A stretch of DNA of 64,000 nt from positions 96,001 to 160,000 of the forward strand of contig JBFLZG010000087.1 in the NCBI GenBank assembly GCA_040756235.1, given 5' to 3'. Position numbers and translations under genes: made by a program. The notes beneath the pieces are model-generated. The model had not been told where the DNA came from and did not search any database. It worked only from the letters and a program-made list of their open reading frames with translations. The stretch comes from a bacterium. Lineage in GTDB: Bacteria > Desulfobacterota > DSWW01. Below are positions 50,219-61,783 of the stretch, one piece after another. How positions within the stretch are numbered: position 1 is the stretch's first letter; each line of letters starts with the position of its first letter.

Positions 50219-51790
50219 TTGGGTGCCAGACTCCCTTTGACAGGATACCGTTTCCGGGTTTATCTGTTCGCCGCGCTGATGGTGCTGTTGGTGCTGATGA
50301 GCGTGGGGATCACCATGGGAGTCGCCTGGTACTCGAAGCAGACGGCCTCGATGATCGTGGAGAAGGATTTCAAGTCCCGGCAGATCGAGAACACGGTGGT
50401 GGACCTGCTGCTCTCCATGGATCGAAACCGGAGGAAATTCCTCCTGCTGAAGAAACCGGAATACCGAGACCGCTTCCTGGAAGAAGCCGCTGACGTGCGC
50501 AAGTCGCTCGGCCTCCTCGAAACGATCGGCCTGTCCGAGGAGGAGAAGCGGTACGCGGCGCAGCTTCGGACCAGCTTCGAGGAGGCCCTGGACGCCGACC
50601 CGCTCGGGCTGCAGCAGGAGACCAACTTCTACGAGGCATTTTTCGACCTGCCGATGAAGGAGATCTATCAGCTCCTCCGGCTGAACCAGGAGAGCATCGA
50701 CGTACGGATTTCCGAGATGAACCGCCTCGAAGGCCACTCGATTCGGGTGGGCCTCATCATGGCAAGCCTGTCCCTCCTGATGGCCATCGTGCTGTCCGTC
50801 TTCCTGATTCGTTCGGTCACCATGCCGATCCGGCTGCTGCGCAGGAGCACCCAGGAGATCGCCGACGGGCGGTTCGATCACCGCATCAGCCTGAACAGCC
50901 GGGACGAGCTGGGCGATCTTGCCGGCGCCTTCAACGAGATGGCCGAGCAGCTGAAGCGGCTGGACGACATGAAGTCGGACTTCATCGCGATCGTCTCGCA
51001 CGAGCTGAAGACGCCGTTGACCTCCATGAAAGAAGCGGTCGAGCTGCTCCGGGAAGAAGCCGTGGGGCCGGTGAATGCGAAACAGGCACACCTGCTCAAG
51101 ATCAATTCCCAGGGGATCCAGAAGCTGGCCCATTTCATCGACGACATCCTGAGCCTGACCCGCATGGAAGGAGGCATGTTGGACCTCTTCTGGACGTGGA
51201 TCGACTTCCAGCACCTGCTCGACGAAAGGCTGGTCCCCTTCCGGCTTCTGGCTGAAAAGAAGCAACTCCATTTGTCCGCCAGCTACGACCCGCAGCCGCT
51301 CCCTCTGGTCTATGGCGACGTGGAGCGCCTGAAGCAGGTCGTGGACAACTTGCTGGACAATGCCATCCGATTCACTCCGAACGGGGGCCGGGTGTCGGTG
51401 CACGTCAAGTACAGGCGCAAGGGGCTGCCTTATCACAAGGCCAGGGAAGAGCCGGTGCGGGATGGGCCGGGCAGGGGCAGCGGGCTCGTGGTGCGGGTTT
51501 CCGACACCGGAGAGGGGATCCCGCCCGCGGAACGGAAGCGGGTCTTCGATAAGTTCTACCAGATCCGGCGGCGGTCCAGCCGGGGCAGCGGCTCCGGGCT
51601 CGGCCTTTCCATCACCCGGCATATCGTCGAGGCCCATGGGGGATGGATCTGGGCGGAAGACACGAACCCGCGGGGTACGACGTTCGTGTTCACCCTGCCG
51701 CAGGAAGAAGCGGAAGAAGCCCCTCAAGAGGAGACGGTGGAGACGCCGGTCCCGCACGTGGATCGGGTGTCGCAGCCGGTCAGAGCATGA
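50219..51790 (+). CDS. HAMP-domain sensor histidine kinase
   Basis: Two TMs; HAMP; SHELKTPL, NLLDNA, DTGEGI, GSGLGL. Confidence 0.93.
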   Translation: MGARLPLTGYRFRVYLFAALMVLLVLMSVGITMGVAWYSKQTASMIVEKDFKSRQIENTVVDLLLSMDRNRRKFLLLKKPEYRDRFLEEAADVRKSLGLLETIGLSEEEKRYAAQLRTSFEEALDADPLGLQQETNFYEAFFDLPMKEIYQLLRLNQESIDVRISEMNRLEGHSIRVGLIMASLSLLMAIVLSVFLIRSVTMPIRLLRRSTQEIADGRFDHRISLNSRDELGDLAGAFNEMAEQLKRLDDMKSDFIAIVSHELKTPLTSMKEAVELLREEAVGPVNAKQAHLLKINSQGIQKLAHFIDDILSLTRMEGGMLDLFWTWIDFQHLLDERLVPFRLLAEKKQLHLSASYDPQPLPLVYGDVERLKQVVDNLLDNAIRFTPNGGRVSVHVKYRRKGLPYHKAREEPVRDGPGRGSGLVVRVSDTGEGIPPAERKRVFDKFYQIRRRSSRGSGSGLGLSITRHIVEAHGGWIWAEDTNPRGTTFVFTLPQEEAEEAPQEETVETPVPHVDRVSQPVRA

Positions 51791-52452
51791 GCCGATTCGC
51801 ATTTCGGAAACCGTGCGGGAGCCGCTGGAGCGCCCGCAATCCGGGCCTGCGCAGGGCACTGGCTGCAGCCTGCGCCCTGGGGCTGCTGCTTCTTCAGGGT
51901 GCTTCGTGCACCCATGTTCCGATCGCGCCGGTGCCTCCTCCACCGGTCGAACAACCCGAGCGGAAACCGACCGTCGCGGCCGAGCCTCCGGAGCGGGTCG
52001 TCCTGCAGCATGCGCTGATGCTGCTCCGGGAAGGCAAGTGGGCCGAATCGCGCGGAATGCTGGAAGGCCTCATGCGGGGCCCGCAACCTTGTGCGGTCTG
52101 CCCGACGGCCTACTTCTACATCGGTCTGCTCGATCTGCTGGAAGCCGAAGACGCGGCCCAGCTGGAAAAGGTCAGGGACTGGATGCAGGCCTACGCCGCC
52201 CTCTATCCCGGCGGTCCGTTCATGAAAAGCGCCGAGGAGATCTCTCAGGTGCTGGAAAAACAGGTGGAGAAGCACCGCAAGGACCAGCAGCGGTTGAAGA
52301 CCCTGACCCAGAAGAGCGAGGAACAGGAGAAGGAGATCGAGGCCCTGAAGTACCAGATCGAAACACTGAGATACCAGATCCAGGAGTTGGAAAACATCAG
52401 CCGGGAAGACGAACAGAAGAGGGACGACCTCGGGCTGGGGCCGGTTGAATAG
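51787..52452 (+). CDS. Lipoprotein with TPR-like helices and coiled coil (QseG/YfhG-like position)
   Basis: Hydrophobic stretch + GASC lipobox; heptad C-terminus; between kinase and regulator. Confidence 0.65.
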   Translation: MSRFAFRKPCGSRWSARNPGLRRALAAACALGLLLLQGASCTHVPIAPVPPPPVEQPERKPTVAAEPPERVVLQHALMLLREGKWAESRGMLEGLMRGPQPCAVCPTAYFYIGLLDLLEAEDAAQLEKVRDWMQAYAALYPGGPFMKSAEEISQVLEKQVEKHRKDQQRLKTLTQKSEEQEKEIEALKYQIETLRYQIQELENISREDEQKRDDLGLGPVE

Positions 52453-52535
52453 AGACTGTCCCGAAAGGCTCGACTTCAGAGGCGACAAGGTGTCCCGGGG
52501 GCACCTTCGGTGAGAGCGGAGGAGGGGACCGGACG

Positions 52536-53927
<1,392 letters not shown>

Positions 53928-53934
53928 GTGAGTT

Positions 53935-54060
53935 GCGAAGCGCTGAGGAGTGAGGCGTATATTGCCACGGGGGGCCCCGGCTTTCGCCGGGGCAGGCTGC
54001 CCCGGGGCCTCCACGCCCCCGCGAGCCGAACGCCGCAGATGGGCGTTTATCATCAGCCCT
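53935..54060 (-). repeat. MITE/REP-like element, copy D (inverted, one end lost)
   Basis: CTGAGGAGTGAGGCGTA and CGAGCCGAACGCCGCAGATGGGCGTT match the reverse complement of copy A. Confidence 0.7.
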
Positions 54061-55054
54061 ACCAGCGGATGACGGAGGCCCCCCAGGTAAAGCCCGCCCC
54101 GAACGCCACCAGCACGATGCAGTCTCCCTCGCGGATCGCCCCCTGCTCCAGCAGCTCGCTCAGGGCGATCGGAATGGATCCGGCGGTGGTGTTTCCGTAG
54201 CGCTGGATGTTGCTGTAGAACTTCTCCTCCGGGACTTGCAGCCTGGCCGCCGAGAACTGGTTGATGCGCAGGTTGGCCTGGTGGGGGATGAACAGGGAGA
54301 CCTGATCCAGACCCAGCCCGTTTGCCGCCAGCGCCTCCTCCACGACCTCCGGGATCTTGGTTACGGCCATGCGGAAGACTTCCTTGCCCTTCATCTTGGG
54401 CCAGATCCGGCCTTGGTCGATGCTGTCGTGGGTCAAGTAGGGCTTCTTGCTGATGTCCCAGATCTCGAGTCGCAGGGCATCCGCGTAGCGTCCGTCCGCG
54501 TGGAGGTGCACGGAGAGGATGCCCCGCTGCGGATCGTCCGAGGGGCCCACGATCACGGCGCCTGCGCCGTCGCCGAAGAGCACCGCAACGTCCCTGCCTT
54601 CATTGGTGAAGCTGAGGGCGCTCGAATGCACCTCGGCTCCGACTACCAGGATCCGCCGGTACATCCCGGTGCGGACGAACGCATCGGCCACGGCCAGGCT
54701 GTACAGGAATCCGCTGCACTGGTTGCGGATGTCCATGCAGCCGATCTCCGGAACGCCCAGCTTCTTTTGCAGGTAACAGGCCGAGCCGGGGAAATGGTGA
54801 TCCGGGCTCAAGGTGGCAAAGATGATGAAGTCGATGTCCCGAGGCTCCAAGCGGGCCTGCGCCAGGGCGTTGCGCGTGGCCTCCAGAGCGAGATCCGAGC
54901 AGTAAACGCCTTCTTCCGCATAGCGCCTCTCGACAATGCCGGTGCGCTGCTGGATCCACTCGTCGCTGGTGTCGAAGAGCTTTTCCAGATCGAAGTTGGT
55001 GACGCGTTTTTCCGGCAGGTACCTGCCCACGCCCAGAATCCTCGCCCTTCTCAT
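54059..55054 (-). CDS. fabH: 3-oxoacyl-ACP synthase III
   Basis: TSDEWIQQRTG, QCSGF, FGDGAGA, PHQAN, YGNT, FGAGFTWG. Confidence 0.93.
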   Translation of the reverse strand: MRRARILGVGRYLPEKRVTNFDLEKLFDTSDEWIQQRTGIVERRYAEEGVYCSDLALEATRNALAQARLEPRDIDFIIFATLSPDHHFPGSACYLQKKLGVPEIGCMDIRNQCSGFLYSLAVADAFVRTGMYRRILVVGAEVHSSALSFTNEGRDVAVLFGDGAGAVIVGPSDDPQRGILSVHLHADGRYADALRLEIWDISKKPYLTHDSIDQGRIWPKMKGKEVFRMAVTKIPEVVEEALAANGLGLDQVSLFIPHQANLRINQFSAARLQVPEEKFYSNIQRYGNTTAGSIPIALSELLEQGAIREGDCIVLVAFGAGFTWGASVIRW

Positions 55055-55154
55055 CTCCGCTTTCCTCAGGTCATAAGATCAAGGTGAAAGGGCAAAGGAG
55101 GAAGGTGCGCTTGGCGTTCACTCGTCCCCCCGGCCTGTGACCCGGCATGATGTC

Positions 55155-55544
55155 TCAGGAGCCCGCCTCTTCAACTTCGATGGTGCCGTGGACGGACTCC
55201 GAGAGCGAGAGCTTTTCGAGGATGGATACGGTCTCTTCCTTTGGAAAAAGGATCAGGAAGAGCCTGCGGTGCAGGCGCAGATCGGTTCCCTGCGCCGACG
55301 GCGGGGGTACGCTTCGGACCTCGAGGGGAATCGGACCCCGCACCCGTGCGCCGCTCCCGGCGATTCGGTGGTAGAGTTTGCCCGCCTCCTTGTCCAACAG
55401 ACGAGGGTCAGGAGACTCGATGGTCAGGAGGAGCCTGCTGTCCCAGGCGATGCGGTCGTCGGGCTGGAGCGATCTTGCCTTGGCGCCTCTCGAAGGCCTT
55501 TTTGGCGCTGGCGGGGGCGGGCTCGGAACGTATCTTCTGGCCAT
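55155..55544 (-). CDS. Divergent ribosomal protein uS10/NusE paralog with shortened loop
   Basis: D.RLLD, GARVRGPIPL, HRRL, P.EETV..L.KL.L...V align with uS10; not in an S10 operon. Confidence 0.75.
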   Translation of the reverse strand: MARRYVPSPPPPAPKRPSRGAKARSLQPDDRIAWDSRLLLTIESPDPRLLDKEAGKLYHRIAGSGARVRGPIPLEVRSVPPPSAQGTDLRLHRRLFLILFPKEETVSILEKLSLSESVHGTIEVEEAGS

Positions 55545-55583
55545 TGAGGAAGCGACTCCAAGGCATGCTGCAGGCTGAAAGGT

Positions 55584-56114
55584 CTAAGCGAAAGTCAAAT
55601 GGAAGCTTCTGAGGAAGGTAGGAAGGGTCCGAAGCCGGAAGACGCACAACGACCGCGAGATCTCCTTCCCCGACCCCAGGTCGTGGATCACCCCGTAACA
55701 CCTCGTGTGGCTGCGGTGCAGGTTCCAGGGGCGGATGCCGACCTTTTCTCCGATGTACTCGTAACGCCGCCGTTCGACGGAGAAGGAGAGCCGATACCGG
55801 ACTTTCGCCTCCGAGAAGTAGCGCAGCTCCAGCGAGCCTTCGCAGGGCGATGCGTCCACGAGTCCGCCTGCGCGAATCACGCCGGCCGCTTGGGCGGTCA
55901 GAAACCCGCTCCAGGAAAAAGGATTGACGAAATCGGCCGCGCGGTCTGCTCCCCAGTCGATCTCGAAGGAAAAGGGAAACTGGCCGGCCGGGCCTGCCTT
56001 GCCCACGAACTCGTGCGAGCCGGTCATCGTCTCGTGAATCCGGAATCCCACCTGTCCGAGCTCACGGACCAGCGGAAGTCGCATCATGCATGCTCCGATC
56101 CTCTGGGCAGACAA
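55584..56114 (-). CDS. Hypothetical protein
   Basis: Plausible ORF (GFRIHETMTG, YIGEK, LPTFLRSF); start uncertain. Confidence 0.55.
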   Translation of the reverse strand: MSAQRIGACMMRLPLVRELGQVGFRIHETMTGSHEFVGKAGPAGQFPFSFEIDWGADRAADFVNPFSWSGFLTAQAAGVIRAGGLVDASPCEGSLELRYFSEAKVRYRLSFSVERRRYEYIGEKVGIRPWNLHRSHTRCYGVIHDLGSGKEISRSLCVFRLRTLPTFLRSFHLTFA

Positions 56115-56356
56115 GCTGATTTTAGGAAGTTACCCCCGCTATTGCAAGCGTGAGGTGGTGCAAACGGGCAGCCGTTCCCGTGCCGCGCTGTCGGGCGTCT
56201 CCCGTTTTCCATCTTCCTTAGGCCCATTGCCATCCTCCGGCCGCTCCGGGCCGTTCGGGGACCCCTCGATCAATAGGTCCGGTTTCTGCTGCAATCGTTT
56301 GCTCGGAGCCGGGAATCCGTGATAGATTGCCGCGGCCAGGCGGAGAAACTCGAACG

Positions 56357-57313
56357 ATGCAGCGGAGTCGACAAGTGGAAATTCTATACCGAAAAGCTGG
56401 TATGCCGGTCTCGCTCGTGACCCTTGCAGGGCTCCTCCTGTGCGCATCCTGCGCCAGCAGCGTCAAACCTCTCTCCCGGGAGATCTATCGGGACCGGAAC
56501 ATCCAGGTGCTGCTGATCAAAGAGAAAGATGCCGCCGACGGCAAGGGGTTCGATCACCCCTGGGAAGTGGACCTGGCGACGCTCGATGCGCTCCTCCAGT
56601 CCGTGACCTATCGCCGCGGAATCCTGATCCATCGCAACAAAGTGCGGGACGCCTTCCCTGCCGAGGTGCGCGCGGATCTGGTGGCTCACCTGCAAACGGC
56701 CTTCGCCCAGGCCGAGCCGGACGAGAAGATCGACTTTTCCTTCCTCCACCATGTCTCCTGGACGGTGTTTCAGAAGGAGTTTCTCACCGACGGCGTTCTC
56801 TTCCGCAAAGGGGGGAAGCTGAACTGCGCCTTCCGCAATCTTACCTTCGATCATGCCGTGGGATCGGAACAAAGCGAACAGCCTTACGCCGGCGACCCGA
56901 CGCAGCGGCCCCCGAGGACGGACTGGGAGCTCACGCTCCAGGAGGGGCAGGAGATCGCACGCTCCGGATTCCCGAACTGGATCCAGCTGGACCTCGCTCG
57001 CGACTGGACCGCACGGAAGAAGCCGGAGGAGTCCGTAGCCGCAACGGTGGAAGCCGTCCCTGAGACAGCTCCGGCTCCGGGTGCCGGGCAGGCGGGTGCC
57101 GCAGAGTCTCCGGCCGAGCCGCCGGAACCGCCCCGCGTGGTGCAGCCTCCGTCTGCGGCGGCGGCCCAGGACCAGCCTTTGCCCGCCAGCCGGCAGGAGA
57201 TCGATGAGCGCCTGCGTTTCCTCGAGGAGCTGCATCGGGAAGGGGACCTGGCGGACAGGGCCTATGAACAGAAGAGGCAAGAGCTGATCAAGCTCCGGGA
57301 GCAGCTGCCCTAG
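56357..57313 (+). CDS. Lipoprotein with Pro/Ala linker and C-terminal SHOCT-like domain
   Basis: LLCASC lipobox; ERLRFLEELHREG.L....YEQKRQELI; start uncertain. Confidence 0.7.
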   Translation: MQRSRQVEILYRKAGMPVSLVTLAGLLLCASCASSVKPLSREIYRDRNIQVLLIKEKDAADGKGFDHPWEVDLATLDALLQSVTYRRGILIHRNKVRDAFPAEVRADLVAHLQTAFAQAEPDEKIDFSFLHHVSWTVFQKEFLTDGVLFRKGGKLNCAFRNLTFDHAVGSEQSEQPYAGDPTQRPPRTDWELTLQEGQEIARSGFPNWIQLDLARDWTARKKPEESVAATVEAVPETAPAPGAGQAGAAESPAEPPEPPRVVQPPSAAAAQDQPLPASRQEIDERLRFLEELHREGDLADRAYEQKRQELIKLREQLP

Positions 57314-57354
57314 CGGCTGCTGGAAAACGCCGTCTGCTGCGTTGCGCTGACCAG

Positions 57355-57390
57355 GCAACCTGCAGGGGCGAAAGATTTTTCGCCCCTACC
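57355..57390. repeat. GTAG-type REP palindrome, copy 2
   Basis: GCAGGGGCGAAAGATTTTTCGCCCCTAC. Confidence 0.8.
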
Positions 57391-57673
57391 AAGCACCGCG
57401 GTAGGGGATAAAGCCGCAGGCGTGTCCGCCAACCACGGCTGCGGATCGCGAGCGTTGCCCGGTAACCGGAGGTTGCCACGGCCCTGCGGGCCTCGCAACA
57501 TCCGATTTTTCCGCTCCCGATCGCCACGTCGCTCCTTGAGCAAGACAAGCTCACAGAACACGTTGCCCGATCTGTGAACATCCGTGCTGGCGCCTGCCGG
57601 ATCTCTTTGGACAAGCTCGAGCTGAGAGTCGACTGCGCGAGTTCACGATCACCTGCAGAGGGAGGACGACGAC

Positions 57674-59500
57674 ATGAGCTCCACCGTTTACCGCGCCAAC
57701 ATCCGCGACATGAAGTTCATCCTCCATGAAATGCTCCATATCGAGGAGACGATCCTCAAGCGGGGACCGTTCAGCGATTTCAGCGCCGAGGACGTCGACA
57801 TGGTCCTGACCCAGGCGGCCAAGTTCGCCGAGACCGTGCTGGGGCCTGCCAACAAGGAGGGCGATCGGGAGGGATGCCGATTCCACAAGGGCAAGGTCAC
57901 GGTGCCCAAGGCGCTTCACGAAGCCTTCAGGCAGTATCGGGAGAACGGCTGGAACGCGGTGACCGCCCCGGCGGAGTACGGCGGCCAGGGTTTGCCGATG
58001 GTCGTCGGGGTATCCACGGGAGAGTTGTTCACCGGCGCCTGCACTTCCCTGATGATCTACTCGGGGCTGACCAACGGCGCGGCCCGGCTGATCCACTCCT
58101 TCGGCACCGAGGAGCAGAAGGCGACGTACATGGCCCGAATGTTCTCGGCCGAGTGGGCAGGCACGATGCAGCTCACCGAGCCCAACGCGGGCAGCGCCGT
58201 GGGCGACACCAAGACCTCGGCCCGCAAAGACGGCGACCACTACCTGATCACGGGCACCAAGATCTTCATCTCCGGGGCGGAGCAGGACCTGACGGAGAAC
58301 ATCGTGCACGCCGTGCTGGCGCGGGTCGAAGGAGCGCCGTCCGGGGTCAAGGGGCTCAGCCTCTTCATCGTTCCCAAGCACCGCGTCAACGGTGACGGTT
58401 CTCTGGGGGCCTTCAATGACGTTGCGTGCGGCGGGATCGAAGAGAAGATCGGGCTCCACGGCTCGGCCACGTGCCTGGTGAACCTGGGCGAGAACAACGA
58501 CTGCCACGGGTACCTCCTCGGACAGGAGAACCAGGGCATCCAGCTCATGTTCCAGATGATGAACGAGGCACGGATCGGCACGGGGCTCCAGGGGGTGGCG
58601 CTGGCCAGCGGCGCCTATCTGAACTGTCTGAGCTATGCCCGGGAACGCATTCAGGGGGTCGCCATCGAGAACATGAGAGACCCGGAGGCCCCCAGGGTCG
58701 AGATCCTCCGCCACCCGGACGTGCGCCGCATGCTTTTGACCCAGAAGTCGTACATCGAGGGGATGCGGGCGCTCCTGAGCTACTGCGCCTTTCACGTCGA
58801 CATGGCCGAGACCGCGGCGGACAAAGAAGAAGAGGAGCGACATATGAGGATCGTCGAGCTCCTCACGCCGATCTGCAAGGCCTACTGCACGGACCACGGC
58901 TTCCGCTGCTGCGAGCTGGCCATTCAGGTCATGGGCGGCTATGGAGTCACCCGCGACTATCCGGTGGAACAGTACCTGCGTGACCTCAAGCCCGCGTCCA
59001 TCTACGAGGGCACGACCGGCATCCAGGCGCTGGACCTGCTGGGGCGGAAGGTGGCCATGAAAGGCGGCGTCCTGTTCATGAGCTTCATCGAGATGCTGAA
59101 CGCGTTCGTGGACCGACACAGGGACCACCGCACCCTGCGGGACCTGGTGCTCAAGCTCGCCGCCGCCAAGGACAGGCTGGCCGAGGTGACCATGCACCTC
59201 GGCGGGCTCGGCATGAGCGGCGATCGCATCTATCCTGCGCTGGCCGCCACACCTTATCTCTACCTGTTCGGCGACGTGGTCGTGGCCTACCTGCTTCTCT
59301 TCCAGGCCGTCATTGCCCGGGAGAAGCTCGAGATGCTCGGCCGCGGTGCGCAGGAGGATGCGGAAGCGGCCTTCTATTCCGGCAAGGTCATGAGCGCCCG
59401 CTTCTTCGTGCAGAACATCCTGCCCCAGGTTTTCAGCCGGGCCGACGGGATCGTGAGCGGCGATCGGAGCGCGCTCGACATCGCCGCCGACTCTTTCTGA
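57674..59500 (+). CDS. Acyl-CoA dehydrogenase (long type)
   Basis: YGGQG, LTEPNAGS, GTKIFIS, EEKIGLHGS, MMNEAR, IYEGTTGIQA. Confidence 0.95.
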   Translation: MSSTVYRANIRDMKFILHEMLHIEETILKRGPFSDFSAEDVDMVLTQAAKFAETVLGPANKEGDREGCRFHKGKVTVPKALHEAFRQYRENGWNAVTAPAEYGGQGLPMVVGVSTGELFTGACTSLMIYSGLTNGAARLIHSFGTEEQKATYMARMFSAEWAGTMQLTEPNAGSAVGDTKTSARKDGDHYLITGTKIFISGAEQDLTENIVHAVLARVEGAPSGVKGLSLFIVPKHRVNGDGSLGAFNDVACGGIEEKIGLHGSATCLVNLGENNDCHGYLLGQENQGIQLMFQMMNEARIGTGLQGVALASGAYLNCLSYARERIQGVAIENMRDPEAPRVEILRHPDVRRMLLTQKSYIEGMRALLSYCAFHVDMAETAADKEEEERHMRIVELLTPICKAYCTDHGFRCCELAIQVMGGYGVTRDYPVEQYLRDLKPASIYEGTTGIQALDLLGRKVAMKGGVLFMSFIEMLNAFVDRHRDHRTLRDLVLKLAAAKDRLAEVTMHLGGLGMSGDRIYPALAATPYLYLFGDVVVAYLLLFQAVIAREKLEMLGRGAQEDAEAAFYSGKVMSARFFVQNILPQVFSRADGIVSGDRSALDIAADSF

Positions 59501-59525
59501 GTGCCGGCTCGGGTGGGGGAACTTC

Positions 59526-61427
59526 TTGGAAGCAAGCCCCGGGAATACTGCCACGCGGCCTCATGCGCAGCAGACGGGGAGGGTCCCGCGGAATGCGTCT
59601 CTGGCGCTGCTCTACGCCGTTCTGGTGGGGATGCTCTACGCGCTGCCCCACTACTGGCTCTGGCGCGACGCCGGAGCGGAATGGTCTTTCCCCCATTTCA
59701 ATACGCCCGATGAACGGGGTGCCTACGCCGGCCGCCTGCGCGCGCTCTACGAAGGCGGGCCCCTGGACGCGGCCCCCCAGACGCTTGCGTGCCCCGGCGC
59801 TCCGACCGACTTCGCCAAGACCGGAGAGATCCTGACCTACGGGCTTGCCCGGATGTTCGGCCTGGAGATCCGGGGGTGCCTGATACTGGCCGAATTCCTC
59901 CTGCCGGTTCTCTCCATCCTGGGCGCCTATGGGTTGCTGCGGGCCCTGGGCTGCTCGGCCCGGCTCGCACGCCTGGGGCCGCTGACGCTCTACCTGCTGG
60001 ACCCGCTCCTGGCTTCGCACGGTCCGGTCGTCATCCTCCTCGAAGGGCTTGCGAGATTCCTGGGCCGCGAAGTCGTGCCGTACTGGAACTGCTCTTTCCT
60101 CTTTTCGCGGCTCATTTCTCCCGAGGCCGCCTTGCCGTTCTTCACTTTCGGCGGCTATGCGACGGTCAGGGCGTGGCAGGACGGAGGCCGGTTCTGGCCG
60201 GTCGCGGCAGGCCTCCTCTCGGGTCTGGCGGCGAGCGCCCACTTCGCCGTGGGTCTCCCCTACCTCCTGGGGCTGGCCTTCTTTGCGGCCGGTACCGTTG
60301 TGACCGGGAGGGTCGCTCCCGGCCGGTTCGTCCCCGTCTTTCTGGTCGCCGCGGCCGTCCTCGCTCCGCGGCTTCTGGACCTCCGTCGTTTCTTCGGTTC
60401 TCCGGTGAGCGAGTTCGTCACCGACCGCCACGCCGTGGCGACACACGCCTGGATGGGGTGGCCCTATCTGGCGCTCATGCTGGCTTTCACGATCCCTTTC
60501 CTCCTCCTGTACGGGCGCAGAAGAGACCTTGTCTTCTGGTTTCTTCTGTCGATCCTGGCGGGCGGATTCGTGTGCATGAACCTCCAGATCGTGACCGGAC
60601 TCGACTTCGGGATCATCCACTACTACGGGTACAGCTTCGTGCCTGTGGCGTGGCTCGCCCTGTTCGTCGGGCTTGCCCGCCGGCTGCACGGCTCTCAGGA
60701 GAGCAGCCGGCCCGGCGCCTGCCGTCTGCGGCACGCCTGGGCCGTCGAGCTCGCCTTGGTGCTCTACGCCTCGGCCAACGGCTTTGCCATACAGCGCGCC
60801 CACTACGGTGCGGAATCCCTGCGCTGGGAGAAGCCGGCCAAGAGGTGGATTCAGTATCAGACGCTCGGGCCGGCCCTCGCCTGGCTCGACGAGCACGCGA
60901 CCCCTGCAGACGTGGTGGTGAGCAGCCCTGAGACGGCCGACCTCTACACCATCTATTCCCCTGCCAAGGTCCTGGCCCAGTTCATGATCCAGACCTGCCC
61001 GGTTCCCACCGAAGCCTACCTCGACCGGTTCCTGCTTCCGCTCAAGACCTATGGCCTCCGTTGGTCCGAGGCCGAGCCGATCGCAGCGGGCATGGTCTAC
61101 GACGTACACATGCTTGCCGAAACCTGGCAGAGCCGGACCTGGGCCAAACCGGACAGGCCGCCTGCCTTGCAGAAGGACGAGATCCTCGCGCTCATGCAGG
61201 AGCACTACGAGGCCCTGCCGGAGGGAGAGGGGCTGGAGAAGCTGTTGCGGAAGATGGACGTCCGCTACATCGTCTTCGGTTCTTTCGAGCGCGAGCTGCC
61301 CGGCGCCACCGACGCGTTCCTCCGGTCCGCAAGCTACCGCCTTTGCTTCGAGTCGAAGGGACACCGGATCTTCGAGCGGGCGCCCGACGAGCGGCTCGTG
61401 GATGCGGGCGCAAAGCCTCCACCATAG
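59526..61427 (+). CDS. Polytopic membrane protein, GT-C glycosyltransferase-like
   Basis: Many TMs; PDE..Y after TM1; soluble C-terminal domain with YIVFG; start uncertain. Confidence 0.55.
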   Translation: MEASPGNTATRPHAQQTGRVPRNASLALLYAVLVGMLYALPHYWLWRDAGAEWSFPHFNTPDERGAYAGRLRALYEGGPLDAAPQTLACPGAPTDFAKTGEILTYGLARMFGLEIRGCLILAEFLLPVLSILGAYGLLRALGCSARLARLGPLTLYLLDPLLASHGPVVILLEGLARFLGREVVPYWNCSFLFSRLISPEAALPFFTFGGYATVRAWQDGGRFWPVAAGLLSGLAASAHFAVGLPYLLGLAFFAAGTVVTGRVAPGRFVPVFLVAAAVLAPRLLDLRRFFGSPVSEFVTDRHAVATHAWMGWPYLALMLAFTIPFLLLYGRRRDLVFWFLLSILAGGFVCMNLQIVTGLDFGIIHYYGYSFVPVAWLALFVGLARRLHGSQESSRPGACRLRHAWAVELALVLYASANGFAIQRAHYGAESLRWEKPAKRWIQYQTLGPALAWLDEHATPADVVVSSPETADLYTIYSPAKVLAQFMIQTCPVPTEAYLDRFLLPLKTYGLRWSEAEPIAAGMVYDVHMLAETWQSRTWAKPDRPPALQKDEILALMQEHYEALPEGEGLEKLLRKMDVRYIVFGSFERELPGATDAFLRSASYRLCFESKGHRIFERAPDERLVDAGAKPPP

Positions 61428-61783
61428 AACCGATGCCTTCCAGAAATATGCTGCGGACGCGCCGGAGCAAGTGCGGCGGGTGGCCGCGCGAGAGAGGCGA
61501 GGGCGAGTCGCGGAGGCCGTCCAGAGTCCCGGAGCCCGGGGAACGTAGGGGTGTTTCCCGATATCTGGCGCACGAGCCCGACTTTCGGGCAAGGGGGTAT
61601 GCCCCGCTAAATCCGGCCCGGGACGAGGGACGAAAGGGCGGATTTGCCCGAAGGGCTGCGGTCTCCGACTTCCCAGAGGAGAAGAGCCGGAGCGTTCTGA
61701 GCCCGAGACGATCGAGGCGGGGCACCCGCCGCACGGTTCGCCTCGGCGGTAGGCACCTTGGCTTCAGACATGAGCTACAGAGC

